From a bacterium (lineage in GTDB: Bacteria > Sumerlaeota > Sumerlaeia > SLMS01 > JAHLLQ01), in the NCBI GenBank assembly GCA_020444065.1, contig JAHLLQ010000010.1, forward strand, positions 11,677-75,676: 64,000 bases of DNA, given 5' to 3'. Of the stretch, positions 54,335-62,515 are shown one piece after another. A program made the translations under genes and the position numbers. Below the pieces are notes generated by a model that ran no database searches, had not been told where the DNA came from, and worked only from the letters and a program-made list of their open reading frames with translations. Position 1 is the first letter of the stretch, and every line of letters starts with the position of its first letter.

Positions 54335-56611
54335 AGACAATCGGACAGTGGTGCGGATGATGGGAGAATTGCGGTGGCGCAGACAACTTTGAGACGGCTT
54401 CGATCGGCAATCGTGGGACTGGCGCTTGTGGCGCTTGCACCGGTGGCCATGGCGCGGACAGCGACGGTGTATTTGCGCTACGACAATTCGGATTCGAAGG
54501 CGCCGTATCCCCAGATGTTTGCGGCGGGTTCGTGGGACGAATCGGGGGCGTTCGACGATACCTGGAGCGGGTTCGAGCGGTTTGCGCTGTCCGACGATGG
54601 GCTGCACGGCGACGAGGCGGCAGGGGATGGAATCTGGGGCGGCGTGGCCGAGGTGCAGGCCGGAACAGGCGCGACGTTCATGTTTGCAGCGGACTGCGAC
54701 CAGTGCGGCGATAACGGGTGGATCGGGATCGGCCAGACGTTCGAGGTTCCGGACGATGTGGCGGCGATGGCCGTGGATTTCCACCTCGGCATTCTGTGGA
54801 TGCGGACGATGGGGTCGGTGGGCTGGATGATGGTGGGGTCGCCGTCGAAGGATGCGGTGCGCGGTGAATACGATCGGCCATTGCATCCTGTTTGCATTCC
54901 CTGCGCGGGAACGCACCCGACGGGGTTGGCGATCGCGCGCCTGATTCCGTGGCAGACGAAGGTGTCGCAATCGGAAACGGGGCGCATGCAGGTGGAGTTG
55001 AACAGCGCGGCTCGAATCAATCCCGGCGACGAGGTTCGGCTGGAGTTGTACTCGGTGGAGGGTGCGCTGCAGCGGCAGTATCAGAAGACGGCGGCGGCGC
55101 TGGTGACATTCGACATCGAGCCCTGTCTGCTGGAAGGCGGGTATCACTGCATCGCGACGATTGTGAACGGCGACAACGAGTACGATCGCGCGGATCGGGT
55201 GTACTCGGTCGTGAACGACATGTGGAACGATGTGCGGTATGGGTTCTACACGAACTTCGGCAGCGTCGGCGGAGACTATGTAAAGAAGACGGATATTCTC
55301 GTCGATTTGTATATTAACGCGATCGAGTACTACGACTACTTCCCGGCGCACGGAGTCTATGCGCCGACCGAGTTGATCTATAACGCGGAACCGTTCGGGG
55401 GGACGATCTATCTGCAGGACGTACTCAATAAGATGTCGGAGGCGAGGGAGAAGAACATTCTCAACATCGCGTACATCGCGGCCTACGCCGGTGCGCCGGA
55501 TCTGGTGAATTCGATTTCAAATTCCCATCTAACGAACTCGGCGGGGAACTGGCTGGCGTTCTACGGCGGCGAGGTTGGGATCGATTTCGAGTTGGACGGT
55601 CTTTGGTACTACCTGACGGCGTTTGCGCCGGATACTCCGTGGCGGACGTATTTGTGGGAGGAGTTGACGAGGACGCTGCAGGACAACGAAGGCGACTATG
55701 TTGCTTTCGATGGGTTTGAAATCGATACGTATGGATACACCGGAGATTACTATTCGGCGGGGAGTGCGTATAATGGGACGCCGATGAATACGATGCTGCC
55801 GCAGTTCGCGGCGGACGTGCGGGACCTGGTTCATTCGGTTAAGTCGTACGGCATGACGACGATGAATAACCTGGCGGAGCAGAATATCCTGCAGATGTTT
55901 GACAAGGTGGATTTTCTGTTTGTCGAAAACTGGAAATGGCACAAACCGAACTACCACCAGGTTGTCGAAATGGTGTACTACAACAGTAAGGAAAGCCGGC
56001 AACGGTTTGTTTCGAAGTCCTATCCCGCAGATACCGAAATGAATGTTACGGCGTGGCCCGCGGAGAACTTGCGCTATCTGATGGGCTCGCACCTGGCGGG
56101 AGGTGGAAGTTTCATGGTTGCCGGCGAGCCGCGGGAGTCGACCGGTCAGATCGGCGGGCTGAATTCTCTCTACTATCCGGACAACCAGCCGCAGAGCGAA
56201 GAGAATTACAGCATCATTCGGAATTACAATAAACACGACGCGGCACTGTATCGATACACGCATGGGAAGAACGTCGCGCGGCCGGGGAACGACCTGGCAA
56301 TTCCGGATTGCATGATCTATAAGACTCGGCCGGAGGACAGCAATTCGTACGTGTGGAACATCCTGCACAATAAGGACAATTGGCTGTGGGCGGTGCAGAA
56401 TAGCGATCCGGGCGTGATCGAGATTTATGAAATCACTTACGCGATGCCGGCGGGAGAGGCTCCCGAGGCGGTCTATTGGGGGACGCCGGATAACGACTGG
56501 ATGGTGTATCCGGTGGCGCTTGATTGGGAGTTTGAAAATGGGAATCTGCGGTTTGCGATTCCGGAGTTGCATTACTACGGGACGCTGATTGTGAAGTTCA
56601 GCCGACTGTAA
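54314..56611 (+). CDS. Secreted multidomain carbohydrate-active protein, paralog C of 32435-34984 (CBM-like N-domain + GH66-like TIM barrel)
   Basis: Signal peptide (LVALAPVAMA). SGFERFALSDDGLHGDEAAGDGIWGG. NDVRYGFYTNFG...YINAIEYYDYFPAHGVYAPTE aligns with paralog A. AFDGFEIDTYG and LFVENW. Track start is TTG 54314; GTG at ~54371 is more plausible. Confidence 0.5.
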   Translation: MQSKRLRRQSDSGADDGRIAVAQTTLRRLRSAIVGLALVALAPVAMARTATVYLRYDNSDSKAPYPQMFAAGSWDESGAFDDTWSGFERFALSDDGLHGDEAAGDGIWGGVAEVQAGTGATFMFAADCDQCGDNGWIGIGQTFEVPDDVAAMAVDFHLGILWMRTMGSVGWMMVGSPSKDAVRGEYDRPLHPVCIPCAGTHPTGLAIARLIPWQTKVSQSETGRMQVELNSAARINPGDEVRLELYSVEGALQRQYQKTAAALVTFDIEPCLLEGGYHCIATIVNGDNEYDRADRVYSVVNDMWNDVRYGFYTNFGSVGGDYVKKTDILVDLYINAIEYYDYFPAHGVYAPTELIYNAEPFGGTIYLQDVLNKMSEAREKNILNIAYIAAYAGAPDLVNSISNSHLTNSAGNWLAFYGGEVGIDFELDGLWYYLTAFAPDTPWRTYLWEELTRTLQDNEGDYVAFDGFEIDTYGYTGDYYSAGSAYNGTPMNTMLPQFAADVRDLVHSVKSYGMTTMNNLAEQNILQMFDKVDFLFVENWKWHKPNYHQVVEMVYYNSKESRQRFVSKSYPADTEMNVTAWPAENLRYLMGSHLAGGGSFMVAGEPRESTGQIGGLNSLYYPDNQPQSEENYSIIRNYNKHDAALYRYTHGKNVARPGNDLAIPDCMIYKTRPEDSNSYVWNILHNKDNWLWAVQNSDPGVIEIYEITYAMPAGEAPEAVYWGTPDNDWMVYPVALDWEFENGNLRFAIPELHYYGTLIVKFSRL

Positions 56612-56622
56612 ATCGAAAGAAT

Positions 56623-56663
56623 CCGGCTCGGGGAGGACGGCCCTTTGGGGAACCCCGAGCCGG
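56623..56663. terminator. Bidirectional terminator hairpin
   Basis: CCGGCTCGGGG-(19 nt loop)-CCCCGAGCCGG perfect 11-bp stem between convergent genes. Confidence 0.65.
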
Positions 56664-56725
56664 ATCTCCAGCGTCCGGCATCGATTGGGGAAAACGGGAA
56701 CCTCCCCCAGAGATGCCGGACTCTT

Positions 56726-57832
56726 TTATGCAGCGGCCTCAAATTCGTTTGTGAACCAGCGGCGGCGCAGCCAGAAGGATACGCTGACGAGCATGATCAG
56801 AACGGGGACCTCGACAAGCGGGCCGATGACGGCGGCGAAGGCGGCTCCTGACCCAATTCCAAAGACGGCGATGGCCACGGCAATCGCCAATTCAAAGTTG
56901 TTGCTGGCGGCGGTGAAGGAGAGCGTCGCGCTGCGCGAGTAATCGGCGCCCATCTTCCAGCCGAGGAAAAAGCTGACCAGAAACATGACGACGAAGTAGA
57001 TCAAAAGCGGAATGGCAATTCGCAAGACGTCGATTGGCAATTCCACGATCTGGTTTCCCTTCAGGCTGAACATAACAACGATCGTGAAGAGAAGCGCGAT
57101 GAGCGTGAGCGGGCTGATAAGGGGGATGAATTTGTGTTCGTACCAATCGCGGCCTTTTGCCTTGAGCATCAGGAATCGTGCGGCGATGCCGGCGAAGAAT
57201 GGAATGCCGAGGTAGATCAGTACGCTGGTCGCGATCTGGGCGATTGTAATTTCAACGACCGCGCCTTCGAGGCCGAACTGCGGCAGAAGCCACGTGATGA
57301 AGAACCACGCGTAGAGGCTGTAGAAGAGGACCTGGAAGACGCTGTTGAATGCAACCAGCCCGGCGCAGTATTCGGTGTTTCCTTTCGCGAGGTCGTTCCA
57401 GACGATGACCATCGCGATGCAACGGGCCAGTCCGATCATGATCAGTCCGACCATGTACTCCGGATAGCCGCGCAGGAAGATGACGGCGAGGGCGAACATC
57501 AGGATCGGCCCGATGACCCAATTCTGCAGAAGAGAAAGCCCGAGTATTTTCCAATCGCGAAAGACTTCACCGAGTTCTTCGTAACGCACCTTCGCCAGCG
57601 GCGGGTACATCATCAGGATCAGGCCGATTGCGATCGGGATGTTCGTTGTTCCGACGCTGACGGAATCGAGAAGTTTCTCGATCCGTGGGACGAAGTGCCC
57701 AAGCGCGACGCCCGCGGCCATCGCAATGAAGATCCACAACGTGAGGAATCGATCGAGGAAGGCAAGCCGCCCCCGGGCGTTCGTCGGCGAACACCCGGCG
57801 GCGCACGAGGAACCGTCTTCGATAGGACTCAT
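56726..57832 (-). CDS. acr3: Arsenite efflux transporter, ACR3 family
   Basis: 369 aa polytopic. Close match to the Acr3 family along full length ([16 protein letters not shown]...MYPPLAKV...). Start at ATG 57832. Confidence 0.85.
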   Translation of the reverse strand: MSPIEDGSSCAAGCSPTNARGRLAFLDRFLTLWIFIAMAAGVALGHFVPRIEKLLDSVSVGTTNIPIAIGLILMMYPPLAKVRYEELGEVFRDWKILGLSLLQNWVIGPILMFALAVIFLRGYPEYMVGLIMIGLARCIAMVIVWNDLAKGNTEYCAGLVAFNSVFQVLFYSLYAWFFITWLLPQFGLEGAVVEITIAQIATSVLIYLGIPFFAGIAARFLMLKAKGRDWYEHKFIPLISPLTLIALLFTIVVMFSLKGNQIVELPIDVLRIAIPLLIYFVVMFLVSFFLGWKMGADYSRSATLSFTAASNNFELAIAVAIAVFGIGSGAAFAAVIGPLVEVPVLIMLVSVSFWLRRRWFTNEFEAAA

Positions 57833-57834
57833 TT

Positions 57835-58713
57835 TCAGCAATCTCCGCCACAGCAGCAAGGCTTGGGTTTCACGGCGCTGATGTTCATGCTCGCGATATA
57901 GTCGGCGAGGGTTTCGCCTTCGGCAATGAGGGAGTTCACGCGCGATGCGATGTGGTCTTTGGTTTCTTCCATTGCCTGGATGTAGCCGGGCTTCTCTTCG
58001 AGTTGTAAATCGACGAGTCCGGCTTCGGAAATGACGGCTTTGAGTTCGTCGACTAGGAGCGCGCCCGCGACGCAACCGACGAGTGCCTGCGCGTCGTTTC
58101 GGATGGCCTCGGGGAGCGGCTTCTTCAGCACGATGTCGCTAACAGCGATGCGACCGCCGGGACGGAGGACACGCGCGATTTCGCGATACACGCTGTGTTT
58201 GTCGGGCGAGAGGTTGATCACGCAATTGCTGATGACGACGTCGGCCGTGTTGTCGGGAAGGGGAAGGGCTTCGATTTCGCCGAGACGGAATTCGACATTA
58301 TTCAGGCCGGAGCGTTCGCGATACTTGGCGACGTTCGCGCGGGCCTTGGAGAGCATCTCGGGCGTCATGTCGATGCCGATGGCGCGGCCGGCTGCGCCGA
58401 CTTTGCGACCGGCAATGAAGATGTCGAATCCGCCACCAGAGCCGAGGTCGACGACGACTTCGCCTTCGCTCAGGCTGGCGAGCGCGACGGGATTGCCACA
58501 GGACAGACCCATGTTGGCGCCTTCGGGCAGGTTCGCGAGTTCTTCCTGGCTGTAGCCGACCGTGGCGGCGAGCTGCTCGGCCGTGTCGACCTGGCCGCCG
58601 CAGCAGGTGGGGCCGCAGCAACTGTCGGAGTCTGCGGTGGCGACTTTCGCGTAGCCGGCGCGAACGGTGTTTCGGATTTCTTCCTGGCGAGCCAGGTCAT
58701 CGTGGTTGGTCAT
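57835..58713 (-). CDS. arsM: Arsenite S-adenosylmethionine methyltransferase
   Basis: SAM motif [11 protein letters not shown]. Conserved Cys pairs (CCGPTCC, C-terminal CCCGGDC). Confidence 0.85.
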   Translation of the reverse strand: MTNHDDLARQEEIRNTVRAGYAKVATADSDSCCGPTCCGGQVDTAEQLAATVGYSQEELANLPEGANMGLSCGNPVALASLSEGEVVVDLGSGGGFDIFIAGRKVGAAGRAIGIDMTPEMLSKARANVAKYRERSGLNNVEFRLGEIEALPLPDNTADVVISNCVINLSPDKHSVYREIARVLRPGGRIAVSDIVLKKPLPEAIRNDAQALVGCVAGALLVDELKAVISEAGLVDLQLEEKPGYIQAMEETKDHIASRVNSLIAEGETLADYIASMNISAVKPKPCCCGGDC

Positions 58714-59177
58714 GTTGGCGTTCCTTTCAATTCAAGCAGTTCGCTCGGGAGTGTTTCGATGAATGTCCGTATTTGATCGCGCACGGTGCGATAGCATTCG
58801 AGCGCGGCGTCTTCGGTTTCAGCGGCGGCGGCGAGTTTCGGCGGATCGTCGAAGCCGCGGTGCACGACGCGGGTGCGTCCCGGGAATCGGGGGCAGTTTT
58901 CGTCGGCGTGTCCGCAAACGGTGACGACGACGTCGAACTCGACGCCGCGATCAAGGAGGGACTGGAGCGTCTTCGATTCCTGGCCGGTGATGTCGATGCC
59001 CGCCTCGGCCATGACGCGGATCGCGCTGGGGTTCTGGCCGTGGGCGACGATGCCGGCGCTGAAGGGCTCGACGGTGTCGCCGATCAGATGGCGCGCCCAG
59101 CCTTCGGCCATTTGGCTTCGGCAGGAGTTTCCGGTGCACAGGAACAGCACCTTTGGCCTTGAGCTTGTCGTGCGCAT
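58710..59177 (-). CDS. arsC: Arsenate reductase, low-molecular-weight phosphatase family
   Basis: P-loop KVLFLCTGNSCRSQMAEG. C-terminal half of a long spurious track ORF; start at ATG 59177. Confidence 0.85.
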   Translation of the reverse strand: MRTTSSRPKVLFLCTGNSCRSQMAEGWARHLIGDTVEPFSAGIVAHGQNPSAIRVMAEAGIDITGQESKTLQSLLDRGVEFDVVVTVCGHADENCPRFPGRTRVVHRGFDDPPKLAAAAETEDAALECYRTVRDQIRTFIETLPSELLELKGTPT

Positions 59178-59515
59178 AATTCCTCCGGTGAGAGGGCGAG
59201 GATTTGGGCCAGCGCCTGGCTGTCCTGGTCGATTTCGGGCTGGTCGGCCATGGCGGCCAGGGCCCATTCGAGCGCGCCGCGGGCGGCGGCGTCGGTGGCG
59301 GCGATGCGATAGTACGCCCAGCGGCCGTCCTTGCGGACGTCGACCAGACCGGCGGCGGCAAGCTGGGAGAGGTGCTTGGAAGTGGTGGACGGGGCGAGCT
59401 GGAGGAGCTCGTAAAGCTGGCAGACGCAGAGTTCGCCGCGCTCGGCCAGGGCATGGACGATGCGGAGGCGATTGCGGTCGGCGAGTGCTTTCGTGATGGC
59501 GAGGACTTGTCGCAT
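59084..59515 (-). CDS. arsR: ArsR/SmtB-family metalloregulator
   Basis: wHTH LADRNRLRIVHALAERGELCVCQLYELLQLAPSTTSKHLSQLAAAGLV. 3' end overlaps arsC start by ~94 nt in another frame. Confidence 0.75.
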   Translation of the reverse strand: MRQVLAITKALADRNRLRIVHALAERGELCVCQLYELLQLAPSTTSKHLSQLAAAGLVDVRKDGRWAYYRIAATDAAARGALEWALAAMADQPEIDQDSQALAQILALSPEELCARQAQGQRCCSCAPETPAEAKWPKAGRAI

Positions 59516-59531
59516 GGCTTGCCTTTCGTTG

Positions 59532-59549
59532 TTTCGCCAAATAGCGAAA
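59532..59549. promoter_or_regulatory. Imperfect inverted repeat TTTCGCcaaatagCGAAA, candidate ArsR operator
   Basis: Located 17-34 nt upstream of arsR start codon. Confidence 0.4.
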
Positions 59550-59599
59550 TGGAAGGTGGGGGGGAATGCAAGGGGAAAATGGGGGGGGCGAACTCGTAC

Positions 59600-60060
59600 T
59601 CAGCGGAGCGGCACTCGATCTCGTACTCGGCTTTGCGGGTGTTCGAGTACGAGAGCGAGTACGAGTACGTGTACGACGTGAAGCCGGCGGTCCCCGGTGT
59701 TGGAGTGCTCTTGAGGTGGCTTGAGCATCCTTGCTCAAGCGCCAGGGGTGGTGGTGGGTGCGCGGTGGTTGCGGGCGCCCCATCCGGGACGTGGGGGAGA
59801 AGGGGATCGGTGGGTCGCGCCGATAGCGCTCGGCAACGGGGCGCGGGAACCCAGGGCTTGCGCCCTGGGCTGGTATAGGGCGGGGCGTTGCCCCTTTGCG
59901 GGGGGAGTGAAGTGTTGGTGGGGTGGCGGGCTGCGCGGGGGCTTGGCCAGGGATGGCCAAGTCACCTCGAGGTGCTGGCGTTCCCGTACTCGGCTTTGGG
60001 GAGAGATCGAGTGTGAGTGCGAGTGCGAGTGCGAGTACGAGTACGAGGTGAAGCTGGGGC
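59600..60060. repeat. Composite repeat region: hexamer microsatellites (CGAGTA/GAGTGC)n at 59625-59678 and 59991-60046 flanking two copies of the structured hairpin element (one in reverse orientation)
   Basis: 59705-59745 gaggtggCTTGAGCAtcctTGCTCAAG (rc of hairpin B). 59860-59900 gccctgggctggtat + GGGGC-gtt-GCCCC. 59925-59965 TTGGCCA-ggga-TGGCCAA gtcacctcgagg. 59991-60046 gagtgtgagtgcgagtgcgagtgcgagtacgagtacgag. Confidence 0.8.
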
Positions 60061-60194
60061 GGCGGGTGTGATGCCGGCCGGAAGCCGGCGGTCCCATCCG
60101 CCTTCGCTCTGCGAGCTTCGGCGGACAAGGGAGCGCGGGTGGCCCGGATTTTGAGTGCCACGCAGACAACTGGTGCCTTGAGGAGGCTCTGCGC

Positions 60195-60446
60195 GTGATT
60201 TGGATTGTTCTGCTGATGATTGCGACGACGGCGATGCTGGCGGGGTTGGCGATGGTGGCGCTGAAGATTGGGCGGGATTCGGATGAGGAGTACGGGGCGT
60301 TGACGAAGAATCAGTTGCGCGCGCTGGCGTATGTGGTGGCGTTCTTCATCTGCCTGATCGCGGTGTATGTGGAATGGAAGGTTGTGATCGTGGAGCCGGA
60401 GGCCGAACGGGCCGAGCAGGCTCGGCAGGTGGAGATGACGGAGTAG
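60195..60446 (+). CDS. Small hypothetical membrane protein (83 aa, GTG start)
   Basis: Two TM helices, acidic C-terminus. Confidence 0.4.
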   Translation: MIWIVLLMIATTAMLAGLAMVALKIGRDSDEEYGALTKNQLRALAYVVAFFICLIAVYVEWKVVIVEPEAERAEQARQVEMTE

Positions 60447-60557
60447 GCGAGCAGCGACCGGCGATGAGAATCGCCGGTTTTTTCGTTCCCGGTTGCCCGC
60501 GGCGAGTTTCTGGTGTGATATCTGGGTTGGCTTTTGGATTTGTGAGAAGGGAGCGCC

Positions 60558-61031
60558 GTGGTGGGGAAATTCCCGAAGATCATCATGCTCATAGGTTGTC
60601 TGGCAGCGCTTTGTGTGGCATGCCATGTGAGTCCTCTTCTTCCTCCATGGAAGAAGAAGGTCACAGAGAAGGACATCGTGGGTGTCTGGAAACTCTCCGG
60701 CGAGAAGGAAAGAACAGGCTGCGACATTGATTTTATCGCGTATGCTCCGGTCGGTGCTGTCGTTTGGGCTGGGAAGTTGGAGGATATGCCCGATGAGTTT
60801 CCAGCGACATGGGAGTTTAGCTTTGCAGAGGTGGGATCCGCGAACTACACGGCAATCATGCTGCACCAGCCACCCCCGAGGCATGTCGGCTGGCCAATCC
60901 TCGATATGTACTGCGTCGATCGGTCGGGTAAACTGACGCTGCAATCTGCCGATCCGGATTCACTGATTCTGTTCACCAGGGTCAGAAGATCGGCTCCCAT
61001 GGTTATGAAGAAACTCGAGCGGGAAGAGTAG
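60558..61031 (+). CDS. Hypothetical lipoprotein
   Basis: Signal/lipobox LIGCLAALCVAC. Region GC visibly lower than the window average. Confidence 0.45.
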   Translation: MVGKFPKIIMLIGCLAALCVACHVSPLLPPWKKKVTEKDIVGVWKLSGEKERTGCDIDFIAYAPVGAVVWAGKLEDMPDEFPATWEFSFAEVGSANYTAIMLHQPPPRHVGWPILDMYCVDRSGKLTLQSADPDSLILFTRVRRSAPMVMKKLEREE

Positions 61032-61041
61032 AGGTCTCGAT

Positions 61042-61551
61042 ATGTCGGGCGATTGGCTGGGACTTGGGGTTTGTATGAAGAAGAAGATTCTGGTCATCGC
61101 ATTGTTGGCCGCTGCTATTGCAATGTGCATGGTCGCCATGTTGTTCGTGGCAAGACGCGTGCATAAGAAGGGCGGGCTGAGCAGCCTCCTGGACCCTCTG
61201 GATGTGTTGGTGGATTGGGTGTATAGCCTGGAGGATGTGCACATAGAGGACGATGAACTTCGAGGGGACAACTTGCTGGCGCCGCTGGCTGAGCTCGAAG
61301 GCGAGGCGATAGTTGTTCTCAATCTTGATTCAGGCCGCCACCGAATCGAACTGAATGGCGATTCGGCGGGCGATGTTCTCGAGAACGTGAAGGCGGCGTA
61401 TACCAACAGTGGGTGGGATTGTGCGTTCGCCGACGACCGTGTGGTTGAGATGCGGCAGCCGGAGGAATCTGTGAGATTCACGGCCTGGGAGACGTGCATC
61501 ACAATCAGTGGGAAGAATGGCGGGCGAGATACGGGTTCATTTGGTAGTTGA
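61042..61551 (+). CDS. Hypothetical membrane-anchored protein
   Basis: N-terminal TM ILVIALLAAAIAMCMVAMLFV. No recognised domain. Confidence 0.4.
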   Translation: MSGDWLGLGVCMKKKILVIALLAAAIAMCMVAMLFVARRVHKKGGLSSLLDPLDVLVDWVYSLEDVHIEDDELRGDNLLAPLAELEGEAIVVLNLDSGRHRIELNGDSAGDVLENVKAAYTNSGWDCAFADDRVVEMRQPEESVRFTAWETCITISGKNGGRDTGSFGS

Positions 61552-61713
61552 AGGGAGTGCATGGCTGCACCCCATCATGGGAGGAAGGAATGATCACCGC
61601 TTTGTTTGCCGCGCACGCTTTGCTGTTCTTTGCTATTCGGCGGGAGTGACGGCGCGGCGAACCAATGAACGTCAATCAAGGCTGAATCCCTCAAGAACTC
61701 TCTGTGAGCAAAG

Positions 61714-62388
61714 ATGATGGTTCTCGGAATTACGACTCAGAGGTATCTAGTGCTTTGTCGCAGTTGTTCGGTCACTTATCCAGGTGAGCTCGGCCCCGAT
61801 GCATACGAGGGGTTCCTCCTGCTTGATCAGCACTATGCCCCCGTTGGGTGCTGGCAAGTAGATGATTGGCTGTGGGAGGATCTGCGTATCCGTGTAATGG
61901 AATACGATCAGATGCATCCAGAGCGAAATCTGCAAATAGAGTCGATGCAGGCGACAAAGCGTCAAGTCCAGCGCGATCTTCTGCTAGGTATGGTATTAGC
62001 CGCGGAATCGAATCGTCCGGCATATCGCCTGCATTGTCTTCCGCCCTGTCCGAACTGTGGAGCACCCCCCTCCCCATACGCGCGGATTGGACACGCCAAG
62101 AGAAACTTGGAGCGTCTCACTGCGGTGAAATGGCGAACGCGCCATGAGAGCGATAGGACGACGTCCGCAATTGAGTTCCTCGACCATTTGCACGAGCATC
62201 CCCCGCTCGATCATGTCAGTGTCTGCACAGTCCCGTACGTGACCACATTCGAGCAGTCGATTGGCGACATGATGGCCGTCGATCGAGAAGTGGCAAGAGA
62301 GAGGATTAGAGAGTACTACACGCAGTTCGGCATGGAGCCTCCCGACATCACCGATGATGATTTCGAAGTGCCTGACTACAGGTTCTAG
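61714..62388 (+). CDS. Hypothetical protein (224 aa)
   Basis: ORF only. CxxC...CxxC-like Cys pairs (CRSC...CPNC). Confidence 0.4.
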   Translation: MMVLGITTQRYLVLCRSCSVTYPGELGPDAYEGFLLLDQHYAPVGCWQVDDWLWEDLRIRVMEYDQMHPERNLQIESMQATKRQVQRDLLLGMVLAAESNRPAYRLHCLPPCPNCGAPPSPYARIGHAKRNLERLTAVKWRTRHESDRTTSAIEFLDHLHEHPPLDHVSVCTVPYVTTFEQSIGDMMAVDREVARERIREYYTQFGMEPPDITDDDFEVPDYRF

Positions 62389-62515
62389 GCCTCGCTCCAT
62401 TCGGCTGGATCGCACGTTTCCGTTGATCCTGGGGGCGGTTGTGGCGTCCCAATGGGTGGTTCGATTGGTTTGAGATTCGCTCGCGGAGCCTGGGTTGGCC
62501 CGAGGGAGTTGTGGT

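Noticed and set aside
58710-60944. 744-aa minus-strand ORF
   Set aside because: Only the C-terminal 155 aa (arsC) are protein-like. The upstream 590 aa are Pro/Arg/Ser low-complexity, run through arsR (other frame) and the repeat cluster, and contain no domains.
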